Below are positions 39,567-48,161 of a stretch of 64,000 nt of DNA, piece after piece (within the stretch, counting starts at the first letter, position 1; every line of letters begins with the position of its first letter). The translations under genes were made by a program, and so were the position numbers. The stretch comes from Alphaproteobacteria bacterium (lineage in GTDB: Bacteria; Pseudomonadota; Alphaproteobacteria; CAAHEQ01; UBA3637), in the NCBI GenBank assembly GCA_017539265.1, contig JAFYHG010000018.1, forward strand, positions 8,779 to 72,778, in the 5' to 3' direction. The notes under the pieces were generated by a model. It was not told the DNA's origin and did not search any database. It worked only from the letters and a program-made list of their open reading frames with translations.

Positions 39567-41249
39567 CTAATCCTTTCCGATACAATAAGATTCTGTACCA
39601 TATTCATGTCTTTCTCTTCTTATTTTACGATTTTGGCACATATTACATTGTTCTTCTGCTCCTGTTACATTAAGCCTTGCCAGTCCAATACCATAGTCTC
39701 CTTTGGAATCACAAGAATAACAGTGTGCAAAACCATAGCTTACTTCTAAAATGGGTTTTTCTTCCGGACACGGAATCATACAATATCTTCCGATTAATTT
39801 TCGATTTGGACAAAGCTTACAGTTATTCGTTACACCCTCAAGATCTACTAAATTACTTCCATCATTGCATGCAAAACATTCACCATTTTTATCTCTTAAA
39901 GGTTTATCAGGGGGGCATGACTTTAGGATGCTGTATTTTTCAACAATTTCTCTTTCCGTTTCACAAGCATTAGAGATATTTCCATTTACTTCAATTTTTA
40001 CAGGGGCTGAACAAGCATAGCAGTTACCATCGATATCTACTTGGGGTTTATCTGTTGGACATAATACACAACTGTTCCCCGTATCTAAAACAATTCTATT
40101 AGGACAGATCTGACACACCTCTGCAGCAGCAACACGAATACGAGCAATTTCATCACATGAATGACATTCTCCAACTTCATCCCTAAGGGGTTTATCCTTT
40201 GGACATGTTAAGATACAAATATCGCTATATTTTGTGTGGACAGAATACCTGTTGGGGCACACAGAACAATTTGGTGAGTCAATAGATCTGTTTGCTTCAT
40301 TTTCATCACAAGGATGGCAACGTCCTTCCTTATCGGCCAAAGGTTTGTCCTGTGGACACGGGAGAGAACAGAGATTTCCATACATAATACGGTTTGAACA
40401 TAATTGGCATGTTTGCTCATCGGTTTTTAATTTTTCATCGGTTTCACAATCATAGCATCCTGCGTTTACTCTCATTGGCTTATCAGATGGGCAAGTTTCC
40501 AAAATACATCCATTTTTGTAATCGTATATTCTCTCAGGATATAAAGCACATTGTTGTTTTTGAAAATCTATATTTTCTCTCGCTACATAGGCCCTCAAAG
40601 ATTCTTCTTCGTTTTTAGGTTCCATAAACGTAATAGGTAAAGGATCATCAGTGGCACGACAACCACCATTGCTATCGCGAATTGGGAAGTCTTTTGGACA
40701 TTCCCCCTTTAAAAAACAAATATTCCCGTTTAGTTCACGGTTTGCACATTGTAAACAATTACTTCGTTCATAACTTTGACGGAAGCCTAAATCCAATGCA
40801 GCAGGATCATCACATGAAAAACATTTAAATTCTCTTGTTCGTTCATCAACAATCACTTTAATTGGCTTTTCTTCAGGACAACCGAATGTGCAGGTACCTG
40901 TGGCTCCATCGTTATCTTCAAAAAATTGTGTTCCGGGAATTTGGGCACATTCCCAGTCCGTAAGACCATAAGCATCTTCTCTGGAACAAGCATTATAACC
41001 ACTACCTCTTAAAGGATTGTCTGGTGGACATTCTTTCAGAATACAGTGACCATACTCATCCAATTTTCTATTTGAGCATATGCTTGAGCACTCTTGATTG
41101 TAAACCCCGCGTAGTGTATCACAGGAAAAACATTCCCTATTGTACTCCGCTAATGGTTTATCTGGTGGACAAACAATAGGTTCTTTTTCAGCCATTGCAA
41201 AAGAAGGCATCATTATTGATATAAGTAAAAATAAGGTTGTTTTTTTCAT
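39567..41249 (-). CDS. secreted cysteine-rich repeat protein (10x CPxDKP units)
   Basis: Signal peptide MKKTTLFLLISIMMPSFAMA. Ten units of 45-60 aa of the form CP.[DE]KP[LIM]...C..C[DE]...C..C.NR...C. Confidence 0.6.
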   Translation of the reverse strand: MKKTTLFLLISIMMPSFAMAEKEPIVCPPDKPLAEYNRECFSCDTLRGVYNQECSSICSNRKLDEYGHCILKECPPDNPLRGSGYNACSREDAYGLTDWECAQIPGTQFFEDNDGATGTCTFGCPEEKPIKVIVDERTREFKCFSCDDPAALDLGFRQSYERSNCLQCANRELNGNICFLKGECPKDFPIRDSNGGCRATDDPLPITFMEPKNEEESLRAYVARENIDFQKQQCALYPERIYDYKNGCILETCPSDKPMRVNAGCYDCETDEKLKTDEQTCQLCSNRIMYGNLCSLPCPQDKPLADKEGRCHPCDENEANRSIDSPNCSVCPNRYSVHTKYSDICILTCPKDKPLRDEVGECHSCDEIARIRVAAAEVCQICPNRIVLDTGNSCVLCPTDKPQVDIDGNCYACSAPVKIEVNGNISNACETEREIVEKYSILKSCPPDKPLRDKNGECFACNDGSNLVDLEGVTNNCKLCPNRKLIGRYCMIPCPEEKPILEVSYGFAHCYSCDSKGDYGIGLARLNVTGAEEQCNMCQNRKIRRERHEYGTESYCIGKD

Positions 41250-42022
41250 TGTATAAATCCCCTGATTAACTTATCATCCCATCCTTTGTCAGGACCTGTA
41301 AAAAATCCAAACCCAGAATTAAATTGAAAAAGCTTAACTTCATCCTCAGACATATCTCTTGATTTACCAGAAAGAGCATAAACTTTTCCAGAAACTTTTT
41401 CTCCATCTTGTATTATTTCAAAAGCCTTTCCACCAGTTCTATAAAAGAGTGTTGCTGTGGCTATTTTCTTTTCTTTGTCTACTGATCCAAGATATTTTAA
41501 ATTTCCATTTTTATAATATACCTTAAATTCTCCGGCCTCATCATTTTCTGGATATTCAGCGAATTTTTCACCGCTGGCATAACGCTGTTCTTCTACGTAC
41601 TCCTTTCCATTTTTATAAGTAATACTCCATCTTTGTTCACCATTAATATGGTAATGTATTTCTTTTCCTTCTTTTTCTCCGTTTAAGTATGTTCTTAACA
41701 TTCTTGGAGTCCCATCCGGACGATATTCTTCCAAGGTACCATTGTACTTTCCATCTTTCCAATGAACAATAAAGCGTTTCGTTCCATTGGGCCAATACCA
41801 AATTTCTGTTCCGTTTTTTAGACCATTTTCATAAGGTATTTCTTTTTGAATATTCCCATTTTTAAAGGGAACTTTTACCATCCCTGTAATACTTTGATTG
41901 TTCTGATCTACTACCATATTTAAAGCTGGATCTAAACGGATATCTTTTTCCTGATAAATCGTTTCGGCATTTACAGAAGCCGAAAAGATTAAACACAATG
42001 ATAAAATAAATTTATATTTCAT
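41246..42022 (-). CDS. secreted MORN-variant (YwqK-like) repeat protein
   Basis: Signal peptide MKYKFILSLCLIFSASVNA. Repeats such as YENGLKNGTEIWYWPNGTKRFIVHWKDGKYNGTLEEYRPDG. Confidence 0.65.
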   Translation of the reverse strand: MKYKFILSLCLIFSASVNAETIYQEKDIRLDPALNMVVDQNNQSITGMVKVPFKNGNIQKEIPYENGLKNGTEIWYWPNGTKRFIVHWKDGKYNGTLEEYRPDGTPRMLRTYLNGEKEGKEIHYHINGEQRWSITYKNGKEYVEEQRYASGEKFAEYPENDEAGEFKVYYKNGNLKYLGSVDKEKKIATATLFYRTGGKAFEIIQDGEKVSGKVYALSGKSRDMSEDEVKLFQFNSGFGFFTGPDKGWDDKLIRGFIQ

Positions 42023-42023
42023 A

Positions 42024-42911
42024 TTATCGAGCCCCCAAACTGATACTAAGTGCTATATCCATCAAATAATCTGTTGCTTTTTGTTCGTCTAAAATGCTTT
42101 TTTCCCCGTTCTCAGAATAAAATTCTCCAGCAATGGCCTTATCTCCTTTGATAGTCAACCGCAACATGGGTTTATTATTTTCATAGTAGACCGTATAGAT
42201 ATAATTTGCTTGTTCTTTGAATTCTTCAGGTACTGGTTCTATATAAAGATATATTCTATTATTACTCGCATAGTAAGTTTTGGTATTTGTTGTCTGATCT
42301 TCTGAGAACGAAAGATTCCCTTTATAATCATACTGTTCCCTTATAGAATTATTTTCATAGCAAGATTCTACTTTTCGTGCTGGCAATTCAGTAATTGGTA
42401 ATCCGGTTACTTTTGAAATGCGTTTCTGTGTCGGGTCAATTTTCGACCTGTATCCGGAATAAGGCCTTCCATCTCTATAATACGTACTTTTAACGCATCT
42501 GTTCATTTTGTACTCTGTTTTTTGGGAAATTTCGCCGGGATGATATTTGTCATATTCAATTACCATACCATTTAGATATCCATCCTTAAAATCATACTCT
42601 TTTTCAAGAATATCTTCTCTATCATAACACTTCATCTTCCCGTCTTTTTTACCGTTTTTTACGGAAAGTTCCATCTTATGGCAAACTGACCACGAATTTG
42701 TCCCGGGTAAAGCAAACACCCTTGTCGAAACACTTTTTAACTGATCTGACTCATTATACAATATTGTTCCTGTGATCGGGTTATAGTTCTTATCATAGAT
42801 AATATCACTTTCCCGAACATCAAGAATATCTGTTAAAGAGTAAACTGCTTGCCCAAAAGATACGGAGGGGCATAAAGCAATGAATAATCCCAATATGGCT
42901 ATTTTTTTCAT
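42024..42911 (-). CDS. secreted MORN-variant-like repeat protein
   Basis: ATG 42911 with SD ggggga. Signal peptide MKKIAILGLFIALCPSVSFG. KNGKKDGKMKCYD...FKDGYLNGMVIEYD repeats. Confidence 0.55.
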   Translation of the reverse strand: MKKIAILGLFIALCPSVSFGQAVYSLTDILDVRESDIIYDKNYNPITGTILYNESDQLKSVSTRVFALPGTNSWSVCHKMELSVKNGKKDGKMKCYDREDILEKEYDFKDGYLNGMVIEYDKYHPGEISQKTEYKMNRCVKSTYYRDGRPYSGYRSKIDPTQKRISKVTGLPITELPARKVESCYENNSIREQYDYKGNLSFSEDQTTNTKTYYASNNRIYLYIEPVPEEFKEQANYIYTVYYENNKPMLRLTIKGDKAIAGEFYSENGEKSILDEQKATDYLMDIALSISLGAR

Positions 42912-43254
42912 AACATCCCCCATAATAAAACACTTTTTGTATTGTAAACAATTTTTTTCTAAATGCAAGTGTAAAAAAACGAACATTTTTATTGTCTGCT
43001 GAACTAAATATATTACGAACGTTTTTTAATATTGTTATATAAAATGATCAAAAAGATCTACAAACCGGATATCAAAAAATGCACTAAAAGTTCACCATAA
43101 AGTTCCATAAAAATTGTCCTAAAATCAATTTAAAAATGAGGATAAGAAAAGTGTTTGTTTGTGTCCAAGGATTGTGTCCACCCCTTGTTGCCAAGCAAAA
43201 TTCCCAATTTCAGGCATAAAAAAAGCCTTGATAAACAAGGCATTATTTTAAAAG

Positions 43255-43271
43255 TGGCGCGCCCGGCAGGA
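43255..43271. repeat. att copy 2
   Basis: tggcgcgcccggcagga. Confidence 0.85.
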
Positions 43272-43476
43272 GCTTGGTGGAAAAGTGAAATAACCCACTG
43301 GATCAATTAAAAAATTTTTGGGCGATTTTTGAGGGTTTTCAGAAAGTGCCCAGGGGATGACAAGGGGTGATGAATGGACAAACTTCTTGATGTATTTCAG
43401 GGGTAATTTTACATAAGGATAAAAGTATATTTTGGATATCTGTCATAGGAGCACAGGTTGGGCAAAAAGGCATTTA

Positions 43477-43938
43477 TCAAAGATATTTCAAAAGACGCCT
43501 TGTAATTATGGATTGCCCCTCTTCATAAAGTCTGTCAAGGTACAAGCGTTTCGTAACTCCGTCATTTAAGTCCGAAATATTCCTTATTAGATTATGGACA
43601 CAGTCTATGGAGGGTTTTCTGTGTTCACAAAGGAGCATTCCAAAATAGTACTTGTTCTTGTTCAGGAACTGTTCACTGAACTGGTACTGGCTGTCTATAT
43701 ATCCTAATTTGCGGAGGTACTTATAGCATTTAGTTATAAATTGAGCATCTTCTGTTTGGTCAGAGTAAGGGGGATTGGAGAGTTCATCTGCAACCTCTTC
43801 ATCGACATTTTTGGTGTTTTTAGGTGCGGGTGGCACAAGTTCCTCCGGTGTATTCAGATGCTTTCTGATTTTCCTCATATTTTCGGCAATATCTTCAAAA
43901 CTTACAATCATGAATAATTTCCTTTTAGTAATAGACAT
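43477..43938 (-). CDS. hypothetical protein conserved at the element's tRNA-distal end
   Basis: ORF of 153 aa. A remnant of a homolog lies at the same relative position in the neighbouring element. Confidence 0.5.
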   Translation of the reverse strand: MSITKRKLFMIVSFEDIAENMRKIRKHLNTPEELVPPAPKNTKNVDEEVADELSNPPYSDQTEDAQFITKCYKYLRKLGYIDSQYQFSEQFLNKNKYYFGMLLCEHRKPSIDCVHNLIRNISDLNDGVTKRLYLDRLYEEGQSIITRRLLKYL

Positions 43939-43988
43939 CTGTATTTATAAAGAAAATGATTAAAAAATGGAATTTTTTAAAAAAGATC

Positions 43989-44017
43989 TTGGCTTTTAAA
44001 ATGATCGGCTATATAGT
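43989..44017 (+). promoter_or_regulatory. candidate promoter (island promoter cassette, copy A)
   Basis: TTGGCT-17 nt-TATAGT followed by cccgggcc. Paralogous to 47186-47214. Confidence 0.5.
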
Positions 44018-44060
44018 CCCGGGCCCCGGGCAAGACTGGGGTAACTGAAAGGATAAAAAT

Positions 44061-44432
44061 ATGCTGGAACAACAAATGATACAAAGCGATAACCTGAATA
44101 CCATTATGGCAAATTGCTATGGCACAGAGAATTATTACACAAACAACTATTTGAAATACAATTACACAGACGGAATTAAAACTTTCTGTGAACAGGCATC
44201 CGCTTATTGGTTATTGAGCCTTATCCAAGGGGTTTATACAAAATATCCTCAAATGCGGAAAGATTTAATTGCTATAACACTAATGGTAAATGATGACAAT
44301 ACTGCCATTATTACCTTTACCGATGAAAAAGGTCAATTTTATAAGCAGCGTATTCCTTATACGGATTGTCCGGTAGGAGAATGGAAATTTTATTTTGAAA
44401 ACAATGTATTTTTCTGGAATGGAGAATATTAA
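44061..44432 (+). CDS. hypothetical protein (resembles the DUF6876 plasmid/ICE family, from memory)
   Basis: CYGTENYY...YTDGIKTFCEQASAYWLLSLI motif block. Confidence 0.4.
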   Translation: MLEQQMIQSDNLNTIMANCYGTENYYTNNYLKYNYTDGIKTFCEQASAYWLLSLIQGVYTKYPQMRKDLIAITLMVNDDNTAIITFTDEKGQFYKQRIPYTDCPVGEWKFYFENNVFFWNGEY

Positions 44433-44433
44433 T

Positions 44434-44865
44434 ATGAATAAAGAACAAATTAAAGAAGCAATATTAGGGAAAAAAGATTGTCATGGGGAAGAAACACCTC
44501 TCTGTCAATTTTCAACATTCCATCCGGATATGGAAATGGTGGAGATATTATTAAAAGGTGCGGATATTAATAAATCTTTTAATCACCAACCGATGGCATG
44601 GGTATTTCAATTCTGTGAACCGAATTGGGATGAAATGCTCACGCTTTTGTTCAAATACAAATACCATGCCTTACATCTGGACAGGAAAAGCGATTTTGAA
44701 AGTTTACTGCAACTTTTATCCAGAGTTAAACCGGAAACCGTGATGTATGTCTTAAAAATAATGAAGAAACATAGGTTTCGACCGACATTTGAACAGATTG
44801 ATTACATAAATAAATCAAAAGAGGATTTTAAAAAGGAGTTTAAATGGAAAGACTGGGTGAAATGA
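44434..44865 (+). CDS. hypothetical protein, one degenerate ankyrin-like repeat
   Basis: The ATG at 44434 follows the upstream stop. EMVEILLKGADIN segment. Confidence 0.4.
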   Translation: MNKEQIKEAILGKKDCHGEETPLCQFSTFHPDMEMVEILLKGADINKSFNHQPMAWVFQFCEPNWDEMLTLLFKYKYHALHLDRKSDFESLLQLLSRVKPETVMYVLKIMKKHRFRPTFEQIDYINKSKEDFKKEFKWKDWVK

Positions 44866-45317
44866 CAAAAGGTTTGTTAAAAGCAATCAATGAAAGGAAT
44901 TGGCGAGAAATTAAAAGGCTGGTTCACTTGGGCGGAAACTTAAATGCCGCTTACGATCCGTTTGGAAATACACCCTTTTTATATGCCATGCATATTTTTA
45001 AGAAAGCGGAAGAAATTGAACGCTTGATTAAATTAGGTGGAGATGTGACCTATAAAAACAGGGTGGGAAAAACAGCCTTGATGATAGCAGTTGAAAATGG
45101 GTGTGAACCGATAACGCCTTGGGTTATGGTGGATTATGGAGCGGACATTAATGCACAGGATGCATTGGGAAACACCGCCTTAATGATTTGTTTAGAATCC
45201 AGATTATATACCAAGAAACTGCTTTATGCCCTGATAGATTACGGGGCAGATTTAACCAACCTGAAGAATAAGGAAGGGAAAACAGCGTTTGATATACTAT
45301 ATGATGAATTAGAGTAA
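44844..45317 (+). CDS. ankyrin repeat protein
   Basis: SD aaggag 5 nt before the ATG. Repeats GNTPFLYAM...LIKLGGDV, GKTALMIAVENG, GNTALMICL...LIDYGADL. Confidence 0.75.
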   Translation: MERLGEMTKGLLKAINERNWREIKRLVHLGGNLNAAYDPFGNTPFLYAMHIFKKAEEIERLIKLGGDVTYKNRVGKTALMIAVENGCEPITPWVMVDYGADINAQDALGNTALMICLESRLYTKKLLYALIDYGADLTNLKNKEGKTAFDILYDELE

Positions 45318-45336
45318 TCACTTTTGCGGAGAAGTG

Positions 45337-47076
45337 TTAACTAATCCGCAAATCTTTAATAGTTAATTCTTTGGTATTATTATCTTGGGGAAAATCTTTC
45401 CTGTCTTTTTCCCCAAAACCATATTCTTTTCGGCAATTTTCTAATTTGTTCCAGTCTTGCACACGATATGCATAAAGAGCAGATCGGGGATACATAATAC
45501 GCTTTCTTTGTCCAACAAAGGGGATTGATGTCTTGGTTCGTTTCTTTTTATCCGCCATCCTCTTTTTTGCTAACCAACTGATACTTTTTTCCAGATAACT
45601 TGCAGCAACTTTAGGTGACATCCATCCTGCATGAAGTGCATAACGGAGATGTGGTGATCCACTTGGTTTCCCTTTTCCTTCCAATCCCAAAGATGATATA
45701 ACGGATTGATAATTATGACTTAAAAGCATTTCCTTAAATACTTCTTTTTCTCGTTCTCTTTGGGGAGTGTTTTCATTAGTATACGCAATATTAGCGATTG
45801 TTGATTTATCACTTAAAGTGCATTCCTCAAAATCAAATCTCTTTAAGAAAGAAATATTCTCCAGAACAAGGTTACATCCCTCAAAAGAAGTCTGACTAAA
45901 GGAAACATCTCCCCCGAAAAGAGTGTTCCTTATAATAAAGTGCCGACTTCTTGGCGTTGCGTTAAACTTCAATTCTGAATTATTTAATAAAAAGGCACTA
46001 GATCTATTAAAAATACAGTTATGGATATAAAAACTTGTGTGAAATAAACTATTTCTAAAATCAAACTTACCATTTACAGTGCACTGCTCAAATGTTATAG
46101 CGTGCTTAATTTCCCTTGCGGGTGCAAAATCTTTCTCAAAGAAGCAATGATTAAAAGTGACTCTTGCTCTTATCGCATCATGGGGACAGACATAGTTAGC
46201 GGAAAATAGACAATCTTTGAAGAAAACACCTTCCATTGGATTAAATGCCCCATGAAAGCATATCAAATTCCAAAAGAATTCCTGCTCTTTTCTACCAAAT
46301 TCTACATTTTCTATTATAATAATAGAGCGACAATATTCGGAAGGAACTATTTTATATTGATGAGGTTTCTTGATTGTCTTGGTTGCCTGCGGGTGTTGTA
46401 GAAATACAATCTTATCTATTTCCTTTTTAATTTCAGGAGATTTGGTTTGTTCCGCCAGCATATAAAAAGGAGTACGGATTTCTTTCAAAAAGTCTGGATA
46501 CAAAACGGTTGGCAAGTGTTTTGTCAGTTGAACGGGTGAATTTCCAAACTTTTTGAACAGGTAAAGCAGTTCTCTTAAAAAATATCTGCCATTATTACCG
46601 ACTTTAGTTCTTATTCGTGCTAATGCTCCGACCATTCCTTTGGCATCTGCTAGGTCTTCAATATCTTGTGTTGTAATTTTGCCTCTTTTGTAATCATCTG
46701 TATCAATTTCAAAACAGGCAGAAAAGATATCTTGGAAGGTACGGATACATAACCTTAATGTTTGGTCAACACCTATTGGGTAATAATCGGGATGCGTAAA
46801 TGCATCAGGATATCCCTTCTCTGGTTGTTTTGTTTTAATGTATGTTTGTAAAATGTTTGGATAGACATCCGTCCAAAAATCTAAATTCAAAGATTTGAAC
46901 CGACCTTCTGGTCCATAGACCAGTTCTTCTTGGTAATCTTCATCTAAAAAAAAGTTTGGGCGTTCCAGTTTCATAAAAAACTCATATAAGTTGAAAAAGT
47001 TGGGGGGATTATACCACAAAATCTCCCAAAAGTCCAGAAGAACAAGAAATGTTAAAAAATCCATCTTTTTTAACAT
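45337..47076 (-). CDS. hypothetical protein: unknown N-domain + beta-helix/pentapeptide-like repeats + C-terminal excisionase-type HTH
   Basis: Periodic F.[NDQE][CST].F units across residues about 300-440. C-terminal MSPKVAASYLEKSISWLAKKR...IPFVGQRKRIMYPRSALYAY. The start is uncertain. Confidence 0.5.
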   Translation of the reverse strand: MLKKMDFLTFLVLLDFWEILWYNPPNFFNLYEFFMKLERPNFFLDEDYQEELVYGPEGRFKSLNLDFWTDVYPNILQTYIKTKQPEKGYPDAFTHPDYYPIGVDQTLRLCIRTFQDIFSACFEIDTDDYKRGKITTQDIEDLADAKGMVGALARIRTKVGNNGRYFLRELLYLFKKFGNSPVQLTKHLPTVLYPDFLKEIRTPFYMLAEQTKSPEIKKEIDKIVFLQHPQATKTIKKPHQYKIVPSEYCRSIIIIENVEFGRKEQEFFWNLICFHGAFNPMEGVFFKDCLFSANYVCPHDAIRARVTFNHCFFEKDFAPAREIKHAITFEQCTVNGKFDFRNSLFHTSFYIHNCIFNRSSAFLLNNSELKFNATPRSRHFIIRNTLFGGDVSFSQTSFEGCNLVLENISFLKRFDFEECTLSDKSTIANIAYTNENTPQREREKEVFKEMLLSHNYQSVISSLGLEGKGKPSGSPHLRYALHAGWMSPKVAASYLEKSISWLAKKRMADKKKRTKTSIPFVGQRKRIMYPRSALYAYRVQDWNKLENCRKEYGFGEKDRKDFPQDNNTKELTIKDLRIS

Positions 47077-47185
47077 TGCTTTTAAAGGATTTGAAAAATA
47101 AGGCTATTTTATTTTAACCTATATGCCCCAAATTATGAAATGTTTAATTTTAAAGAAAAAACTTATATTTTTTAACATTTAGGGC

Positions 47186-47214
47186 TTGGCTTTTCAAAAA
47201 ATCGGCTGTATGCT
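47186..47214 (+). promoter_or_regulatory. candidate promoter (island promoter cassette, copy B)
   Basis: TTGGCT-17 nt-TATGCT followed by cccgggcc. Confidence 0.5.
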
Positions 47215-47257
47215 CCCGGGCCGCAATAAAAGTTCAATTTTAACGAAAGGATACAAA

Positions 47258-47839
47258 ATGGTTAATCAAGTTTTTATTGACGACAAGAAAATTAAAGACA
47301 TCTTAACTTACATTCAGGGGATGAGACATGCTGAAATGATACGGATGATGTTTTTATGTTCACTGAATGGCATGAGGTCTATAAATTTCGCCTATCTCCA
47401 AGTAGGTGATGTTTATACTCCCGACTTTAAGGTTAAGGATGTCATTTGTTTGGATGCGGATAAAAATAAAGGAAAGTTCGGGTGTTCGTATTATCTTAAC
47501 AGCCAAATGAAGAAAGAGTTTAAGGAGTATTTAGGGTATTTGAAGGCTAAAAATGAAGAGATTACGCCAGAAATGTATTTGTTTACCTCACAAAAGATGG
47601 GAAAACCTTTCAACCGTGTGTCAATTTCACGGATGTTCGCAACCGTTTACAAAAAGTTCAACATTGAAGGAGCATCACACTTGGGGCGACATTTGTTCGT
47701 GAGTCGGCTTATCAATGCTGGAACTAATATCTGTTTGGTTCAGAAACTCGCCAACCATCGCAACATTGGCACAACCCAACGTTATTTTAATTATAACGAG
47801 AAAATGCTCTCAAATGCTGTGGAAAATGTAGTTTTATAG
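47258..47839 (+). CDS. small tyrosine recombinase, FimB/FimE-like size (catalytic domain only)
   Basis: SD aaagga. 193 aa. HLGRHLFVSRL and LANHRNIGTTQRYF catalytic motifs. Confidence 0.75.
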   Translation: MVNQVFIDDKKIKDILTYIQGMRHAEMIRMMFLCSLNGMRSINFAYLQVGDVYTPDFKVKDVICLDADKNKGKFGCSYYLNSQMKKEFKEYLGYLKAKNEEITPEMYLFTSQKMGKPFNRVSISRMFATVYKKFNIEGASHLGRHLFVSRLINAGTNICLVQKLANHRNIGTTQRYFNYNEKMLSNAVENVVL

Positions 47840-47850
47840 CTGTGTGGTAG

Positions 47851-48113
47851 CCTAAAAGTGTATATAATTTTAAGTTATATCTCTTTTTCTTCTTCTTGAA
47901 TTAGAACATGTTCTAATCCACAGAGTATTTTATAGATTCCGAGGAATCTTGTTTGAACTAGTAATTTTTTTAGTTCTTTAAATTTAGCATGTATTTGTAT
48001 CAAAATTATTTTTTCTTTAAAAATTTGATTGGAATTTTTCATAGTAATATCCTTTCTTAAAAAAATAAGGGAACATTAAAGTCCCCATCTATTTCAACTC
48101 ATACACTTTTAGG
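47851..48113. repeat. 13-bp perfect inverted repeats flanking a 237-bp segment (candidate invertible element or MITE)
   Basis: cctaaaagtgtat at 47851-47863 and atacacttttagg at 48101-48113. Internal 18-bp palindrome attagaacatgttctaat at 47900-47917. Confidence 0.55.
47875..48042 (-). CDS. possible 55-aa ORF inside the IR-flanked segment
   Basis: aaaggatattactATG SD/start. MKNSNQIFKEKIILIQIHAKF... No homology judged. Confidence 0.3.
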   Translation of the reverse strand: MKNSNQIFKEKIILIQIHAKFKELKKLLVQTRFLGIYKILCGLEHVLIQEEEKEI

Positions 48114-48161
48114 TATTACATGTTATTTAATGATTGCGCCAAGTGTTTGATGCATTTGTTT

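Larger units (their letters stand above)
38382..43271. mobile_element. integrase-less integrative element remnant (CIME-like), tandem to the tRNA-Arg island
   Basis: Bounded by att copies 1 and 2. Both ends (38399-38660 and 43158-43254) are homologous to the ends of the neighbouring element. No recombinase gene. Confidence 0.65.
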
